Below, in pieces: positions 13,798-27,443 of a stretch of 64,000 nucleotides of DNA. Position numbers and translations under genes: made by a program. The notes beneath the pieces are model-generated. The model made no database searches. It was not told where the DNA came from and saw only the letters and a program-made list of their open reading frames with translations. This DNA is from Octopus bimaculoides (lineage: Eukaryota): contig NC_068981.1 of assembly GCF_001194135.2 (NCBI RefSeq), positions 167,904,090-167,968,089 on the forward strand, written 5' to 3'. Position 1 is the first letter of the stretch; every line of letters begins with the position of its first letter.

Positions 13798-13833
13798 CTT
13801 TCTGTTGAAGAGCGTAGGTTCGAAACGTAAAAG
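13798..13833 (+). ncRNA. Minimal type-I hammerhead-like motif with A6U core variant, in a Penelope-type terminal repeat
   Basis: Stem I CTTT/AAAG, core CTGTTGA, extra A, stem II GAGC-gtag-GTTC, GAAA, palindromic ACGT stem III, GUA site. Confidence 0.5.
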
Positions 13834-15000
13834 ACTTTTTCATTTTCCCGAGCGTCAAACTAATATACTTGCTTGTTGTTCATACACCTGTCTTCACCTT
13901 TTGATTTTCTATAAATTTCAATTATGTATATAGATGGATGGATGGATGGATGGATGGAGGGAGGGATGGATGGACGGATGTATGGATGCATTGATGGATG
14001 AGTTGGTATAAAGCCGAATTGCTAACTCAGCTGACGAAAATTTAGAATTGTTCAGTACACACCGCTTTTCAGTATAATAATTTTGGGTTGGTATACAAGG
14101 ATGTACCTTTACGAGGCAGGAAAACGGGAAAACAAAGATGTCGAGATATGAATGACTTTGACAGGAGTGGCATGAAGGACGTGAATGAAGTGAAGTGATT
14201 TTAACGGAGTGATCGAATCCAGATTACTAATTTCGACCCTCAAGAAACATTTGTCTTCGTCTTAGGCTCACTGTGTTTTATTTATAGTAAATTGGTATAT
14301 AAGATATAATATGCGTAATATATCTAGGAAGCATTAGAAGTCACAGAGAAATGGCAGATTTCTCGAAACTGAACCCCGATATCACTTGGCCAGGAATATA
14401 TTTCTATCCGATATGTTGATTAAACAAAGCTCCTAATCAACAAAGAAACTATGTCCTCACGTGATATTAAAAACCAAGCTTGCCTCCAGTCACATCGTTC
14501 TGTCTTAAACTAGGAAGTATACATTTGAGAAACTACCTCTGAAGAAAAGACAAAATAATCAAAGTTGGAATACCGGTAATTATATAATTGATCTTATTGT
14601 TTGCTAGATCTGGATGAGTAGGTAGTAATCGTGGCCCCTTAAATGCTCTGCAAGGTAAGTGAGATTGATGTCGTTAATGTCCCTTCTTAATCACTGCAAG
14701 TCAACATCTTCGTCAAAGGTATGAGTAGGGAGGGAGTTTAAAGGGGCAGACGTTCTAAGAAGGAAAAATTTATAAATGTGGTTTGTGGGAAACGAAAATT
14801 GGACACAAGTGTAATGAAAGAGAGACAAGTAGTTTGGGAATGTTTAAGTGAAGGTATGAGTTTATTCAGCTATGAGGAGCAAGGTATTTAGTTATTTGCG
14901 GCTACAGATGCAGACAGACACTCGTTTCGACATAATGTGATACTTCAGTACAGACCGTTACATTATATTTGTAGAATTCAGAAGGAAAATAAAATTAGAT

Positions 15001-15016
15001 AATAATAATAAATTAG

Positions 15017-15092
<76 letters not shown>
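15001..15092. repeat. (AAT)n microsatellite
   Basis: Direct reading. Confidence 0.95.
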
Positions 15093-15094
<2 letters not shown>

Positions 15095-15648
15095 GGACCT
15101 ATATACACNNNNNNNNNNNNNNNNNNNNNNNNNNNNNNNNNNNNNNNNNNNNNNNNNNNNNNNNNNNNNNNNNNNNNNNNNNNNNNNNNNNNNNNNNNNN
15201 NNNNNNNNNNNNNNNNNNNNNNNNNNNNNNNNNNNNNNNNNNNNNNNNNNNNNNNNNNNNNNNNNNNNNNNNNNNNNNNNNNNNNNNNNNNNNNNNNNNN
15301 NNNNNNNNNNNNNNNNNNNNNNNNNNNNNNNNNNNNNNNNNNNNNNNNNNNNNNNNNNNNNNNNNNNNNNNNNNNNNNNNNNNNNNNNNNNNNNNNNNNN
15401 NNNNNNNNNNNNNNNNNNNNNNNNNNNNNNNNNNNNNNNNNNNNNNNNNNNNNNNNNNNNNNNNNNNNNNNNNNNNNNNNNNNNNNNNNNNNNNNNNNNN
15501 NNNNNNNNNNNNNNNNNNNNNNNNNNNNNNNNNNNNNNNNNNNNNNNNNNNNNNNNNNNNNNNNNNNNNNNNNNNNNNNNNNNNNNNNNNNNNNNNNNNN
15601 NNNNNNNNNNNNNNNNNNNNNNNNNNNNNNNNNNNNNNNNNNNNNNNN

Positions 15649-15709
<61 letters not shown>

Positions 15710-16196
15710 ATATATATATATACGCGCGCGCGTTGGTTGAAGGGAATCTGTTTAGAGGTCGAGTCACATCAAAGTGAACCAGTGAAGCACACAACACTTG
15801 ATGGCTAGACAGTATAACACAAATCAGCAGATAAGCATTAGTAAAGAGTTCATCAATGAAGGGAAGGTCATTAGTGTTCGGTAATCTGCAAATCCAAGAG
15901 TTTCCCAAAGAAAGTGGAACTTTCAGCGTGGCATCATATAATAATAAAGACAAACGAATTGATTACAGGATGTTTTATTATGATTAACATTGTACATTCA
16001 GTTATGTAAAACATGCAATAACCTTAAAACGATGTAACACATTATTACATAGTAACCCACATTATCAAGCAACTATCTGGAGGTCAATATTTGATATGTC
16101 ACCAGACCGACAGGTTCAACAGCATATAAGGTCGTTGACCCTGCTGCCGGGCTATGCTATCCAGCGGCACGTAGATATATTCTCTTATGCAGCATA

Positions 16197-16579
16197 CAGG
16201 GTGTCCACAAATCTGGGTACATGGGGATTAACACATACTTTTAAAACAAAACAATTTTATTTTATCATAATGTTAATAAGTAATACTTTTAAAAAGATCT
16301 CCATCATTTTCAATGCATAACTTGATGCGCCTTGCAAAACTCAGGTGAACCCAATTAAATAAGTCTACATTGCCATCAATTCCAGCACACTGACTGGTAA
16401 TGCATTCTCTCATGTGGTTTAAATCTGTAATCTTTATTGAGTAAACTTTCTCTTTCAACATACCCCAGAAAAAGAAGTCGAGGGGAGAAAGTAAAAAAGG
16501 AAAATTATTATTTCTTTTATTTAATTGTTTCTGTTATGATTTTATTTACGCCATGTACCCAGACTTTGTGGACACTCTG
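16197..16579 (-). mobile_element. Internally deleted Tc1/mariner-superfamily DNA transposon
   Basis: About 29-bp TIRs (cagggtgtccacaaatctgggtacatgg / ccatgtacccagactttgtggacactctg), TA on both flanks, transposase C-terminal remnant SPLDFFFWGMLKEKVY...RIKLCIENDG on the minus strand. Confidence 0.9.
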
Positions 16580-17693
16580 TAGTGCAGTTTCANNNNNNNN
16601 NNGTTTCACTACTGTGTTCTTCAGTATCCTATCAAGGTTGTGCTTCATACATACCTGCCAGTACGATGTTACAATGTAATAAAATCTCTTAATGAAACTA
16701 TTGTAGCAATAACGTATAAGTATGATCCATTGTTTGCCTTTATTGTTCTGTATGTGCAGGGGGTGGGGGTCAATCACCAATTTCAAGTCTTCTAACTTTA
16801 TATTTATACTTATTTTCATTACTTTGGTAAGACAGGATATTTCGGCTTTCTTGTATGTCACATGCACTTAATATTTAACCCCTCGTGAGCAACTGCTATT
16901 TATAGCTACACTTCATAAGAACCTTTTTTATCTTTTACTCCGGCTGAAGAAGCGAGTAGTCGCAGCAACGTGTAGATGTCATGCCAGATTACTATCAGAT
17001 AAATATACTTCCATTATGTTTATATCAGGCTATTTGATATCTATCCTTTCTAGTGATTTATTTCACTTAAGACATCCTTCGCGGCCCCAGCGTATACGTA
17101 ATTAATTGTAGAATAATTTCAGTGAATGCATGCTTCGATTAGTCGGATTAAGATGTTTTGGTGATTATTCACTTCGATAACTGCATTTGAACTAAGTACA
17201 GTTACTCATTTAGCATTGTAATGTGTTTATATATATATATATNNNNNNNNNNNNNNNNNNNNNNNNNNNNNNNNNNNNNNNNNNNNNNNNNNNNNNNNNN
17301 NNNNNNNNNNNNNNNNNNNNNNNNNNNNNNNNNNNNNNNNNNNNNNNNNNNNNNNNNNNNNNNNNNNNNNNNNNNNNNNNNNNNNNNNNNNNNNNNNNNN
17401 NNNNNNNNNNNNNNNNNNNNNNNNNNNNNNNNNNNNNNNNNNNNNNNNNNNNNNNNNNNNNNNNNNNNNNNNNNNNNNNNNNNNNNNNNNNNNNNNNNNN
17501 NNNNNNNNNNNNNNNNNNNNNNNNNNNNNNNNNNNNNNNNNNNNNNGTTTTTTTTTGTTGTTTTTCTTTTCATTTGACACCGGTGCATCTTGAAACGTAG
17601 TTGTTTAGTGTTTGTCCTTATATTAAAATGTAAATGTTTGCGAGTATTTCTGTACTGATCTAGAGATTTCTTATTATAAAAGAGAAAGCAAAG

Positions 17694-17728
<35 letters not shown>

Positions 17729-18644
17729 AATTAGTGTAGCTTGAAGGGATTTGTAGTATTTGAATGATTCATTCCGTTAGCGTAAGGTATTAGGGGAATT
17801 AATTAAAAGATTAATGTATTTTTTACTGCATGGATAATATCCTAAATGTAGCTGAAATTGTAAAGGGCAAAGATTATTGTAAAAGTCATATTTTTGCTCC
17901 ACATTTCCATATACTTTAATTGATAAAGAAATGCTTGCATCTGAAATATTAATGACTTTTTTCAGAGTATTTTATTATTATAATTTTATCCAATTCGTAA
18001 TTACATTTTTTCGCTATTTGATCTTTTAGATGCTGTTTATCGACAAAAACAAACAAAAACGCCATTTTGAAATATATTTAATTAAATCCAATCAATCAAA
18101 CAATATTTTATTCATTTGTAAAAAAAAAAAAAAAGTAATGTAAAAATGGCGATGCATAAATGGTAATATCTGTACAGCGGCATATATATGTATATATATA
18201 TATGGAGAGAGAGAGAAAGAAAAAGAGAGAGAGGGAGGGAGAGAGAGAGACATACGCTTTATGATGTTATATGCTTTATGATGTTAGATTATGTCGCTTT
18301 ATGATTTGAGTTCGATTTTCTAATTACTCGGAGGTCGATTTTTACCTTTTCATCCTTCAAGAATTGATGAAATTAACAATCGAATCAAGAACTAAGTTGA
18401 GATAAGAGATAAAGGGTTTTAATCTTAATCGACTGTGTTCTCCTCGAAATTAATATCCTTGTGTCAATATCATAAATAAGCATTTTCTTAGTTTAAGACG
18501 AGTTCACTTTAGTGTGGTGAGCGATTTTATTATCATTAAGACTCGTAAGGTCAGTCACCCGGTCTCCATGGCATATAAATTATCGAGATCACAACATTCC
18601 GCTGAATGGAACATTGGTCCGTTGTAGGATTCGAAGCCAGCAAT

Positions 18645-18810
18645 TTTGAGAGGAAAAGACCGAGTCCATCGTAACGACACCAGTACTTGACTGATTCTTT
18701 ATTTTATCGACTCCGAAAGGATGAACGGCAATGTTGACCTCGACAGGATTAGAACTCTGAACGTAAAGCGCCGGAAGAAATGCTGCTGAGCTTTTGTTTC
18801 GACGTATTAC
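18645..18810 (-). mobile_element. Degraded SINE family A
   Basis: ttttatcgactccgaaaggatgaa..gttgacctcg..gaactctgaacgtaa matches A copies. Confidence 0.6.
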
Positions 18811-19704
18811 TAAGCATTTGGTTTGTCGCCTTGTGGTGAATGATAGAAGAGTTCAAATAGTTCTGCGGTTTGAGACGTTCGTTGATGACCCAGACCTAAA
18901 ACAAGACATGGACTCTGTCCACCAAACTGGCAAAACTCTAGTTAATAATCATACATTGCTTTTCCCTCTGGATATTAGATCGGTGATTTATACTTTTATA
19001 TTCAACCTATTTGTGGTTTAGTGAACTGAAAGAGTTTAAGAATCTAAACTACAGACACGTTCCGGCATCAAACAGTGGCCTGTTAACTGCAATATGGACA
19101 GTGTATCGACTTGAATAGTTCTGGTTATCAATATTACAGGCTAATTTTGCCTTTTCATTTTCCCGGAGTCGATAAAATAAAGTACCAGTCAAGCTAATGA
19201 GATCAATTTAACTTAATAATAACCACACACCTACCACCTAACACACGCAGACATACGTCTGCGGAAAATATACTCGTCATATATGTGCGCGAGCGGTATA
19301 CTTGTCATAATAGAAACTTAAAAACGTCGAGAAATAAAAGGAAAGCCTAGACAATAATTACATGATAAAATTTAGCTTCCAGAACAATTAAAGCTTCTGG
19401 CAGTACAAGGGATTCAATTTCTAGATATAACCATTCACATAGAAAATAAAGAGATATATATGTATATGCTTACACAAAATCCACAAATAGATGCATAAAC
19501 TTATATGGAAACAGTATGTGTCCACACATACAAAATATCATTGGTAATATCCTTATTTGGAAGAGCGTTCAGATTCTCCCCGAGTAACGAATCCCATGAT
19601 AAAGGAATTCACAGAGCAGCCTTGATTAAGCGAACTTATTTATGATTGATGACATTCTAGACATAATCATTCCTACTTTTTTTGTCTTTTAGTGAAGGCA
19701 CGTG

Positions 19705-19900
19705 GTCTGCTTATTAGTGTGTGACCCTCGCAATCGTAATATTATGGTTTCGATTCCTTGGCTGGGTGGTGCGTCGAGTTCTTGAGTAAATCGAATCATT
19801 TCATGTTACCTCGATCCACTCAGCTCTAAATGAGTTTCAACAGTAACTGGGCGGTTAACCCGGTGACTTACTAGTGTCCCATCTAGGGAGATGTGTTCTA
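19705..19900 (+). mobile_element. Degraded tRNA-derived SINE family F
   Basis: Head aaggcacgtgg..ggtttcgattcc, then ttcttgagtaa and gatccactcagc; homologous to 36765-36975. Confidence 0.5.
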
Positions 19901-19974
19901 ATCTCAGTCATGTACTGCAGGTTAAGTTTCAACCTTACAAGCCCTTGGACTTAAGTCTAAATTCTATCATTTTA

Positions 19975-20280
19975 GACATAATGTATCAGTGTGTTCTTTA
20001 AGACGTTGAGGTGTGTTTTAAGGGATTACTGCTATTGCTTCTAGCTCAAGCGACGGCGTAAAAGCTTCCTTGTTACTACTGTTGTCATAGTTTAGCCCCA
20101 AGTTATCTCTAGTCGAGCAGGATAGCCTGATCATTGCACTTCGGTGATGATCAATTCGTGTTCGTCCCTAGACTCGATGCAGTCAGGATCACAATGCAAC
20201 GTATGTAGCGTGAATGAAATTTAACTGGTATTTCTAGCAAGCCGAGCAACCACGTAATGACTTCCGTGTTGGCTTGTCGA
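19975..20280 (+). mobile_element. Two degraded family D repeat pieces
   Basis: Motifs tttaaga..ggtgtg..ctattgcttctagc..gcgac and tttagcccca..gtcgagcag shared with 46095-46195, 54985-55230 and 63715-63870. Confidence 0.45.
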
Positions 20281-21019
20281 ATTATACGCCGGATTGTGGC
20301 TGTGGTTGCGGTAGCAGGAGGGATGCCTTAGTTTTCTTCTTGTCTTTTTATCTCGTCTTACTTAAGCCATTCCTAAACGTAAAATAAATACAAGAATTGG
20401 AAATGCCTAACAAACGAACAACAACTCATCAAAAAAATTATCTTAGACTGTTTTTTTTCTTCTTAAGATTTTGTTTTGTTTTAGAAGTCGAACAAAACAA
20501 AACAACCAAAAAGAAACGAAAATGAAAATATATATAAATATATAAAACAAGAGTTTTGATGTAAAAACAAAGCGCTAAAAGTTGTACTTGTTATCGCTGT
20601 TATTGTCGTTGCCTGTGTTCTAGTAGTTGATGATGATGATGATGATGGTGGTGGTAGCAGTTGTTGCTGGTGGTGATGGTAGTGGTACTGGTGTGGTGGG
20701 TCGGTTAGCGTTTCCATTTTATTTGAGTTTTTTTGTTTTTGTTCTATTGCTGTTGTTTTCTCAGGCAAAAAGAAACAACTACATAATTCGACAAAAAAAA
20801 ATAATAATAATAATAAAAATTCAAAAGATCAATAAAACTGCAGTGTTTTGCTTAACAAATATATAGAACAGTGTTCGAAGTAGTTCAGACTTAATCTATA
20901 GTTGAATGTGTTCCATTTTGAATATGATTTTGTTGCTCTTATGGCTGGTTTTATTGTTACTTGTTATTTTGTTGTGTTTTTAGTTCTTGTTCTGTTCTCG
21001 TTGTTCTCCTTATTTACAG

Positions 21020-21080
<61 letters not shown>

Positions 21081-21301
21081 AGAGGAACGCGTGTGTGTGT
21101 TTGTGTATTTATGTATTTATAATGTAGTTGAGTGTATGTGTGTGCGTATTTTATACATACATTTATATATATATAGCACACATTTATATAATGCGATATA
21201 TGCATGCGCACATACCCACAGTTATACATGTTTGATATATATATATATACGTATGTATATACGTGTGTATGTGTATGTGTATGTGTATGTATGTATATAT
21301 G

Positions 21302-21353
<52 letters not shown>

Positions 21354-22519
21354 NNNNNNNNNNNNNNNNNNNNNNNNNNNNNNNNNNNNNNNNNNNNNNN
21401 NNNNNNNNNNNNNNNNNNNNNNNNNNNNNNNNNNNNNNNNNNNNNNNNNNNNNNNNNNNNNNNNNNNNNNNNNNNNNNNNNNNNNNNNNNNNNNNNNNNN
21501 NNNNNNNNNNNNNNNNNNNNNNNNNNNNNNNNNNNNNNNNNNNNNNNNNNNNNNNNNNNNNNNNNNNNNNNNNNNNNNNNNNNNNNNNNNNNNNNNNNNN
21601 NNNNNNNNNNNNNNNNNNNNNNNNNNNNNNNNNNNNNNNNNNNNNNNNNNNNNNNNNNNNNNNNNNNNNNNNNNNNNNNNNNNNNNNNNNNNNNNNNNNN
21701 NNNNNNNNNNNNNNNNNNNNNNNNNNNNNNNNNNNNNNNNNNNNNNNNNNNNNNNNNNNNNNNNNNNNNNNNNNNNNNNNNTATATATATAAATATATAT
21801 GCATGTGTATATATGTATATGGCTATTATATGTATAGGCTTATATACGTGTCTGTGTAAGAGAGAGAGAGAGAGAGAAGAGAGATAGCATATGCGTATTT
21901 ATATAAATATTCGTGCCTCCGTGTCTGTGTCTGTGTATGTTTTCGCTTGCGTTTGTCTAAACCCAAACTTTCTCTTTTAAGAGATATCGTTACGACCCTG
22001 CATCAACATATACTTAATAAAATGCTATATCTCTTTTACGTATGGGTAACAATTATGTATTGCAAGGAATAAATTCTCGGTCACTTACTCTGGCAGGCTG
22101 GTTTCAATTAGCCTTTGAAGACAATTTGTTGTTGTTTATCTTACTGACGTCTTTGAGGTTTTACATAAGTTTGACCACATCCCTTCTTAAACATTTCTGT
22201 CTCTCTACTTTTTTTTTAATGGTTTAATCAGAAAGAAAGGGACGGTTTCCATGACCTTCACAGGCCCTCCAAGGTTGGTGAGATTGATACAATTGTAGTA
22301 AGAACGTTTGTTAGTCGGCCTCTGCAGTAAAATGTATTTTGATGGTAGTTACTTCAAAGAAGAGCGAGAATGAAAGAAAAATAGATCTAAAGCTGGTATT
22401 ATGGGCTCTAAACGTTCAGGAAGATAAGGAAATACTTGAAACCATCTAATCATATATACCCTCTACAGTTTCTGCTATTTACCGCACTGACACGGCTAAT
22501 ATTGGTTTCTTATATTGGT

Positions 22520-22685
22520 CGGCACAGGGTCATAAATTTTGAGAGAATGGTGCAGTTGATCAAATTGAACCCATTATTAACTGGTACTGACTTTATGAAC
22601 CCCACTTCCAGGAGTATGAAAGCAAAGTTGCATTCAGTGGAAAGTAAACACAGAACGTAAAGGGCCGCAGTTAAATAGCGTGAGG
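22520..22685 (-). mobile_element. Degraded SINE family A
   Basis: aactggtact..tttat..aaagcaaagtt..acagaacgtaa. Confidence 0.5.
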
Positions 22686-23250
22686 AATGTTGTCCATTTC
22701 TCATTGTTCTCTGTTAATTCATTTCCCTGACAATGCATCGAATAACTACACATTTGTGGAGAACTTGGCAAACCGAAAGGAAAATTAGATTTAGCAATGG
22801 ACCATAAACCATAGCTTCGGCTTACAATAAAATACTTTCTACGAGTTAGCACAAGACCACACATTTGTTTACAGTGATTGAATCAATATATATAACAACA
22901 GCATAGCTAAGGAAAACTACCTCAGATGAGTGCTTTGTATACTAAATACACTTATGGCAGGGTCTCACGAATGTAATTTAGTGAGTTGAAAAACTTCAAT
23001 CCATTACCCACGTATCACGAACTCTTTTCCTCTCTTTCCCTCCCCCTCTCTTTCCCTTTCTTAGCATAAATTGCAAATTTTACTGCAGTTCGATTTCGAT
23101 TCAAACCTTAGGAGGACGAAACTAAATACTGAAAGATAGTTAGTTTTGGTCTTGCCCTCTTGTATTTGTACTCTTTTAATGACTGGAGATCATCGTGAAA
23201 CAACAATTTTTCACATCTGTACAGAACAAAGTTAAAGGTAAATTACTTTA

Positions 23251-23754
23251 GGTTACTTTTTAGTTTACTTTTCAATTTCTAAAAACCCAAATGTTGGCCA
23301 AAGATTTTTATAATGTAATCAGCGACGAGACGAAGGTAGTTACCTTTTTACGGAAAAAATGGCCTTTTAGAAAATGTTGCCTCATGTCATCGTTGTGGAG
23401 AAATGAAGGAAGCTCGAAGAAAAGGGAAAAACGGTGAAAATGTGCTTACTTTATGTGGCAAAACTCACAAACTTGCTTACTTTAATTATATTATTTATTC
23501 TTGGTTTGTTATTATTGTTTACCAAGACAAATGAAACATGGTATTGTTGTTATTAAAACAGAAGGAATTTAAAAAAAAATACATTTACAATACTAATTAT
23601 GTACAAAAGAATTTATAAAAACTTGAATAGCAATTTGACAAGAGAGATGAAATACAAATTTTAATAATTTTATAGATGAAGAGCGAACATCTGCTAGAAA
23701 CGCAAGAATATCTTAGGGGTTTTTAGAAATTGAAAAGTAAACTAAAAAGTAACC
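23251..23754 (+). mobile_element. Non-autonomous DNA transposon (MITE) with perfect 38-bp TIRs
   Basis: 23251-23288 is the exact reverse complement of 23717-23754; TA on both flanks; internal remnant FLRKNGLLENVASCHRCGEM after one frameshift. Confidence 0.85.
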
Positions 23755-24469
23755 TAATCCCCCTTTATTTTGTAGATCACACGCCAAAGTAGAACCGAAC
23801 AACATATTTAAGGTCCAGTAGATGGATATCTTTTATTCATTTTACAGATTATTTTATTTATATATTTTTTTTTGAGTGAACGTGAATGATGGGATTTCAG
23901 CTCAAAATTGTAACGGATCATAACTAAATACCACTAAGTATTTTGGACCTACAGTGTACTACGTTATCTGCCACTCTCTAACTTAGGCCTTTTATCTTTT
24001 TACAAACTGTAGTCGACCAGAACTAAATAGATCTTGGGAGATTTCGATTGTGGGTTTCCACAAAATTATTTATTTTCAAGTCATAGAAGCTCTTCTCGTC
24101 CTCATATTACTAGTTGTAGATTGAGGTTGGGGAGAAACCGCTCGCCCACCCGCAACAACAATAAGAAACAAACTGTAAGAACGACAACAGCTGCAAGTCG
24201 GAAAATCTATAACGTACACGATAACTTCGTACGCCTAGCTTGCAAAACCTGTAAGACAACATGATCACTCGATTTCACAAAGTTTCATCAAACGAATACT
24301 TCGATAATAAAGTATCATTAACGCTTTGTTTCATGTAACAGTTCCGTCTTCGCTGATAATTAATTCTACTTAAACACACGGGACCATACATAGATATTAC
24401 CTATGTCATGTATGTATATATATATATCCCGAGCTTATACATACATATATACATATGCGTTGTTTTATT

Positions 24470-25145
24470 TTTTGTTTCAGTCATTTGACTGCGACCATGC
24501 TGGAGCACCGCCTTTAATCGAATAAATCGCCCCCAGGACTTATTTGTAAGCGTAGTACTTATTCTATCGGTCTCTTTTGCCGAACTGCCAAGTTACGGAG
24601 ACGTAAACACAACAGCATCGGTTGTCAAGCGAGGATGGGGGGACAAACACAGGCACTCACACATACACACACATACACACACACACACACANNNNNNNNN
24701 NNNNNNNNNNNNNNNNNNNNNNNNNNNNNNNNNNNNNNNNNNNNNNNNNNNNNNNNNNNNNNNNNNNNNNNNNNNNNNNNNNNNNNNNNNNNNNNNNNNN
24801 NNNNNNNNNNNNNNNNNNNNNNNNNNNNNNNNNNNNNNNNNNNNNNNNNNNNNNNNNNNNNNNNNNNNNNNNNNNNNNNNNNNNNNNNNNNNNNNNNNNN
24901 NNNNNNNNNNNNNNNNNNNNNNNNNNNNNNNNNNNNNNNNNNNNNNNNNNNNNNNNNNNNNNNNNNNNNNNNNNNNNNNNNNNNNNNNNNNNNNNNNNNN
25001 NNNNNNNATCCACTCACAAGGCTTTGGTCGGTTCGAGGCTATAGTAGAAGACGCTTGCCTAAGTTACGGAGATGTAAACACACCAACATCGGTTGTCAAG
25101 CGAGGATGGGGGGACAAACACAGGCACTCACACATACACACACAT

Positions 25146-25197
<52 letters not shown>

Positions 25198-25315
25198 GAC
25201 GGGTTTCCTTCAGTTTCCATCTACCAAATCCACTCACAAGGCTTTGGTCGGTTCGAGGCTATGTAGTAGAAGATACTTGCCTAAGGTGCCACGCTATGGA
25301 GCTGAACCCAGAACC
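24470..25315 (-). mobile_element. SINE family B (tRNA head, CORE-like ccttgggcaag segment) spanning a gap, with apparent internal duplication
   Basis: Matches the B copy at 42368-42792; the segment starting aagttacggag is present twice (about 24589 and 25060). Confidence 0.85.
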
Positions 25316-25376
25316 ATGTATGTATGTATGTATGTATGTATGTATGTGTGTGTGTGTGTATCATCTCTGTGGGTTT

Positions 25377-25500
25377 CAATGGAGCAAAGATCGCACCTTT
25401 TCAGACTGATGCTATCGATGTGGTTGGTTCACTTTAGTGAATTCGATAATTTTGATATCCCTAAGTCACCGCTGGTGGCTTTAGTGAGTCTTCTACTATT
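25377..25500. repeat. Dispersed repeat of about 125 bp, copy 1
   Basis: Closely similar to 30772-30895 (ttcaatggagcaaagat...gtgagtcttctactatt). Confidence 0.85.
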
Positions 25501-26241
25501 CATTTATTCCATCAATTGAGTTGTCTATACACTGAAGTGTCGTGCAAGTGGTTGAGTATTCCAAAAATACTTAAATTCTTAATGCCATCCTGAAGCAGAA
25601 TGAGAGTGACATTGTGCTAAAAAGCTCGTCCGTGTACACCAGCACTCAATCATTCCTGTGCATTATCATTGTTGATGTGTCATAACAGCTGTGTAGATAT
25701 CCAGACGTATTCTCTCGTCCAGAGAATTGCAAGTTCGTATCGTACCATATGTTGTATCGATACAGTGACAAATAACAAAAGAAAGTTGAAAAAAAAAACA
25801 AAAAAAAACCGATAAAGCGAATTGACATATAGTCAGGCGGCTTACAACGTCAAGATCGAATACTGACACGAAAGCGATCGTTTTTTATTTATTTATTTAT
25901 TTATTTATTTATTTTCCTTTCCGACCAAATAACTCTCCCCGTCACGCACTCACACATATATATACACACACACATACACACAAACAAACATACATACACG
26001 CACCTGTGCATATATACATTACGTATACCACCTCTTCGTATTTACATTCACACCTACGCACGCATGCATACACGTACACGCAGAGCAATTCACAAATGTG
26101 CTCCTAACCTTGATTTTCCTCTTTCTCTCCTTTCTTCTCCCTCGTATTCATTCAAAAACGAAATCATATATGCGTGTGTGTGTGCGCGCGTGTACACAGG
26201 CACAACATTATCTTTAACTCTATCTCTATCTCTCTCCCTCT

Positions 26242-26279
<38 letters not shown>

Positions 26280-26969
26280 CTCTCCCTCTTATCCTCTCTC
26301 TCTCTCGCTTCATCTCTGTCTCTCTCTCACACACACACTCTGAATACACAACCAAACAATCCATACAGCACATTCTCTCGGAACTTCTTCACTTTTCGTT
26401 TTCTCTCATTCTCTCTCTGTCTCTCTCCTCTCCTATCCTCTTCCTTTTCTCGATAAAGAAATAACACTGTGCGACTGTCATGCCTATCTACACTCAACCC
26501 ACCGACACCATATTTCTTGCTACAGAACAATAACTGAACACTATATCACATATATATATATAATTTTCTTTCGAAAAACATAGATGACGTAGAAGTGCTC
26601 AAGTCGAGCCCGAGGCCTAGACAAGTATAATAGATACAATCTGACAGACTACGATTAACGTATACATATACGGGTTTAATTAGGATAAAATAAGAACTGT
26701 CCAATCAGAAACATATATAGAAATATGAGAATATATGAATACTAAAAATATACATGGAATACTAAAAATATACATAGACATATAGATACATAGTTATGTA
26801 AACATAATAATAATAATAGAATATAGATAAAAATAATAATGGAATATAGAAAAAAGATGTTTTTAAAAATTCAAAATATAACATAGAGAAAGTAATAGGC
26901 ATTAAAAAGAGTTTGGGGTAACATGTTAGAGGAAGATAAGGTGTTCCAACGATCGTTTCGGAGGTACAT

Positions 26970-27024
<55 letters not shown>

Positions 27025-27443
27025 GTATATATTTTTTATTTATGGGTTTCAGCCAGGTGGCTGCGGTCATGCTGGAGCACCATAACCTCACATCATTGAA
27101 GTAGTCGGCCCGAAACTTGAAAATTAACTTTTTCATCGTATATCAAAATTATCCTCTCCTTTACTCTTCTTTTCTTCAGTTCGCAAGATAAATTACAGCG
27201 CGAGCCAATCTCATCGTTTGTAAATTCATCGTTACACCAAATGTAACGTCCGTAAATTCATCGTAATGTTTTGTGTTTTTTTTTTGTTTTTTTTTGTTAT
27301 TATCTACAGAGTTAATACAACGTTAAGTATTATTTTAATGTTTTATTCGAAGAGTAAATATGTAACATTTTCTTTACAAAACAAAACTTCATTGATATAA
27401 GTTTCCATCTAACGATCTAGAAATTTTTAGAAATCTTGCGAAT

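Noticed and set aside
24587-25281. Tandem duplication inside a family B SINE
   Set aside because: The duplicated unit straddles an N-gap flanked by microsatellite, so a scaffolding overlap artefact is at least as likely as a real duplication.
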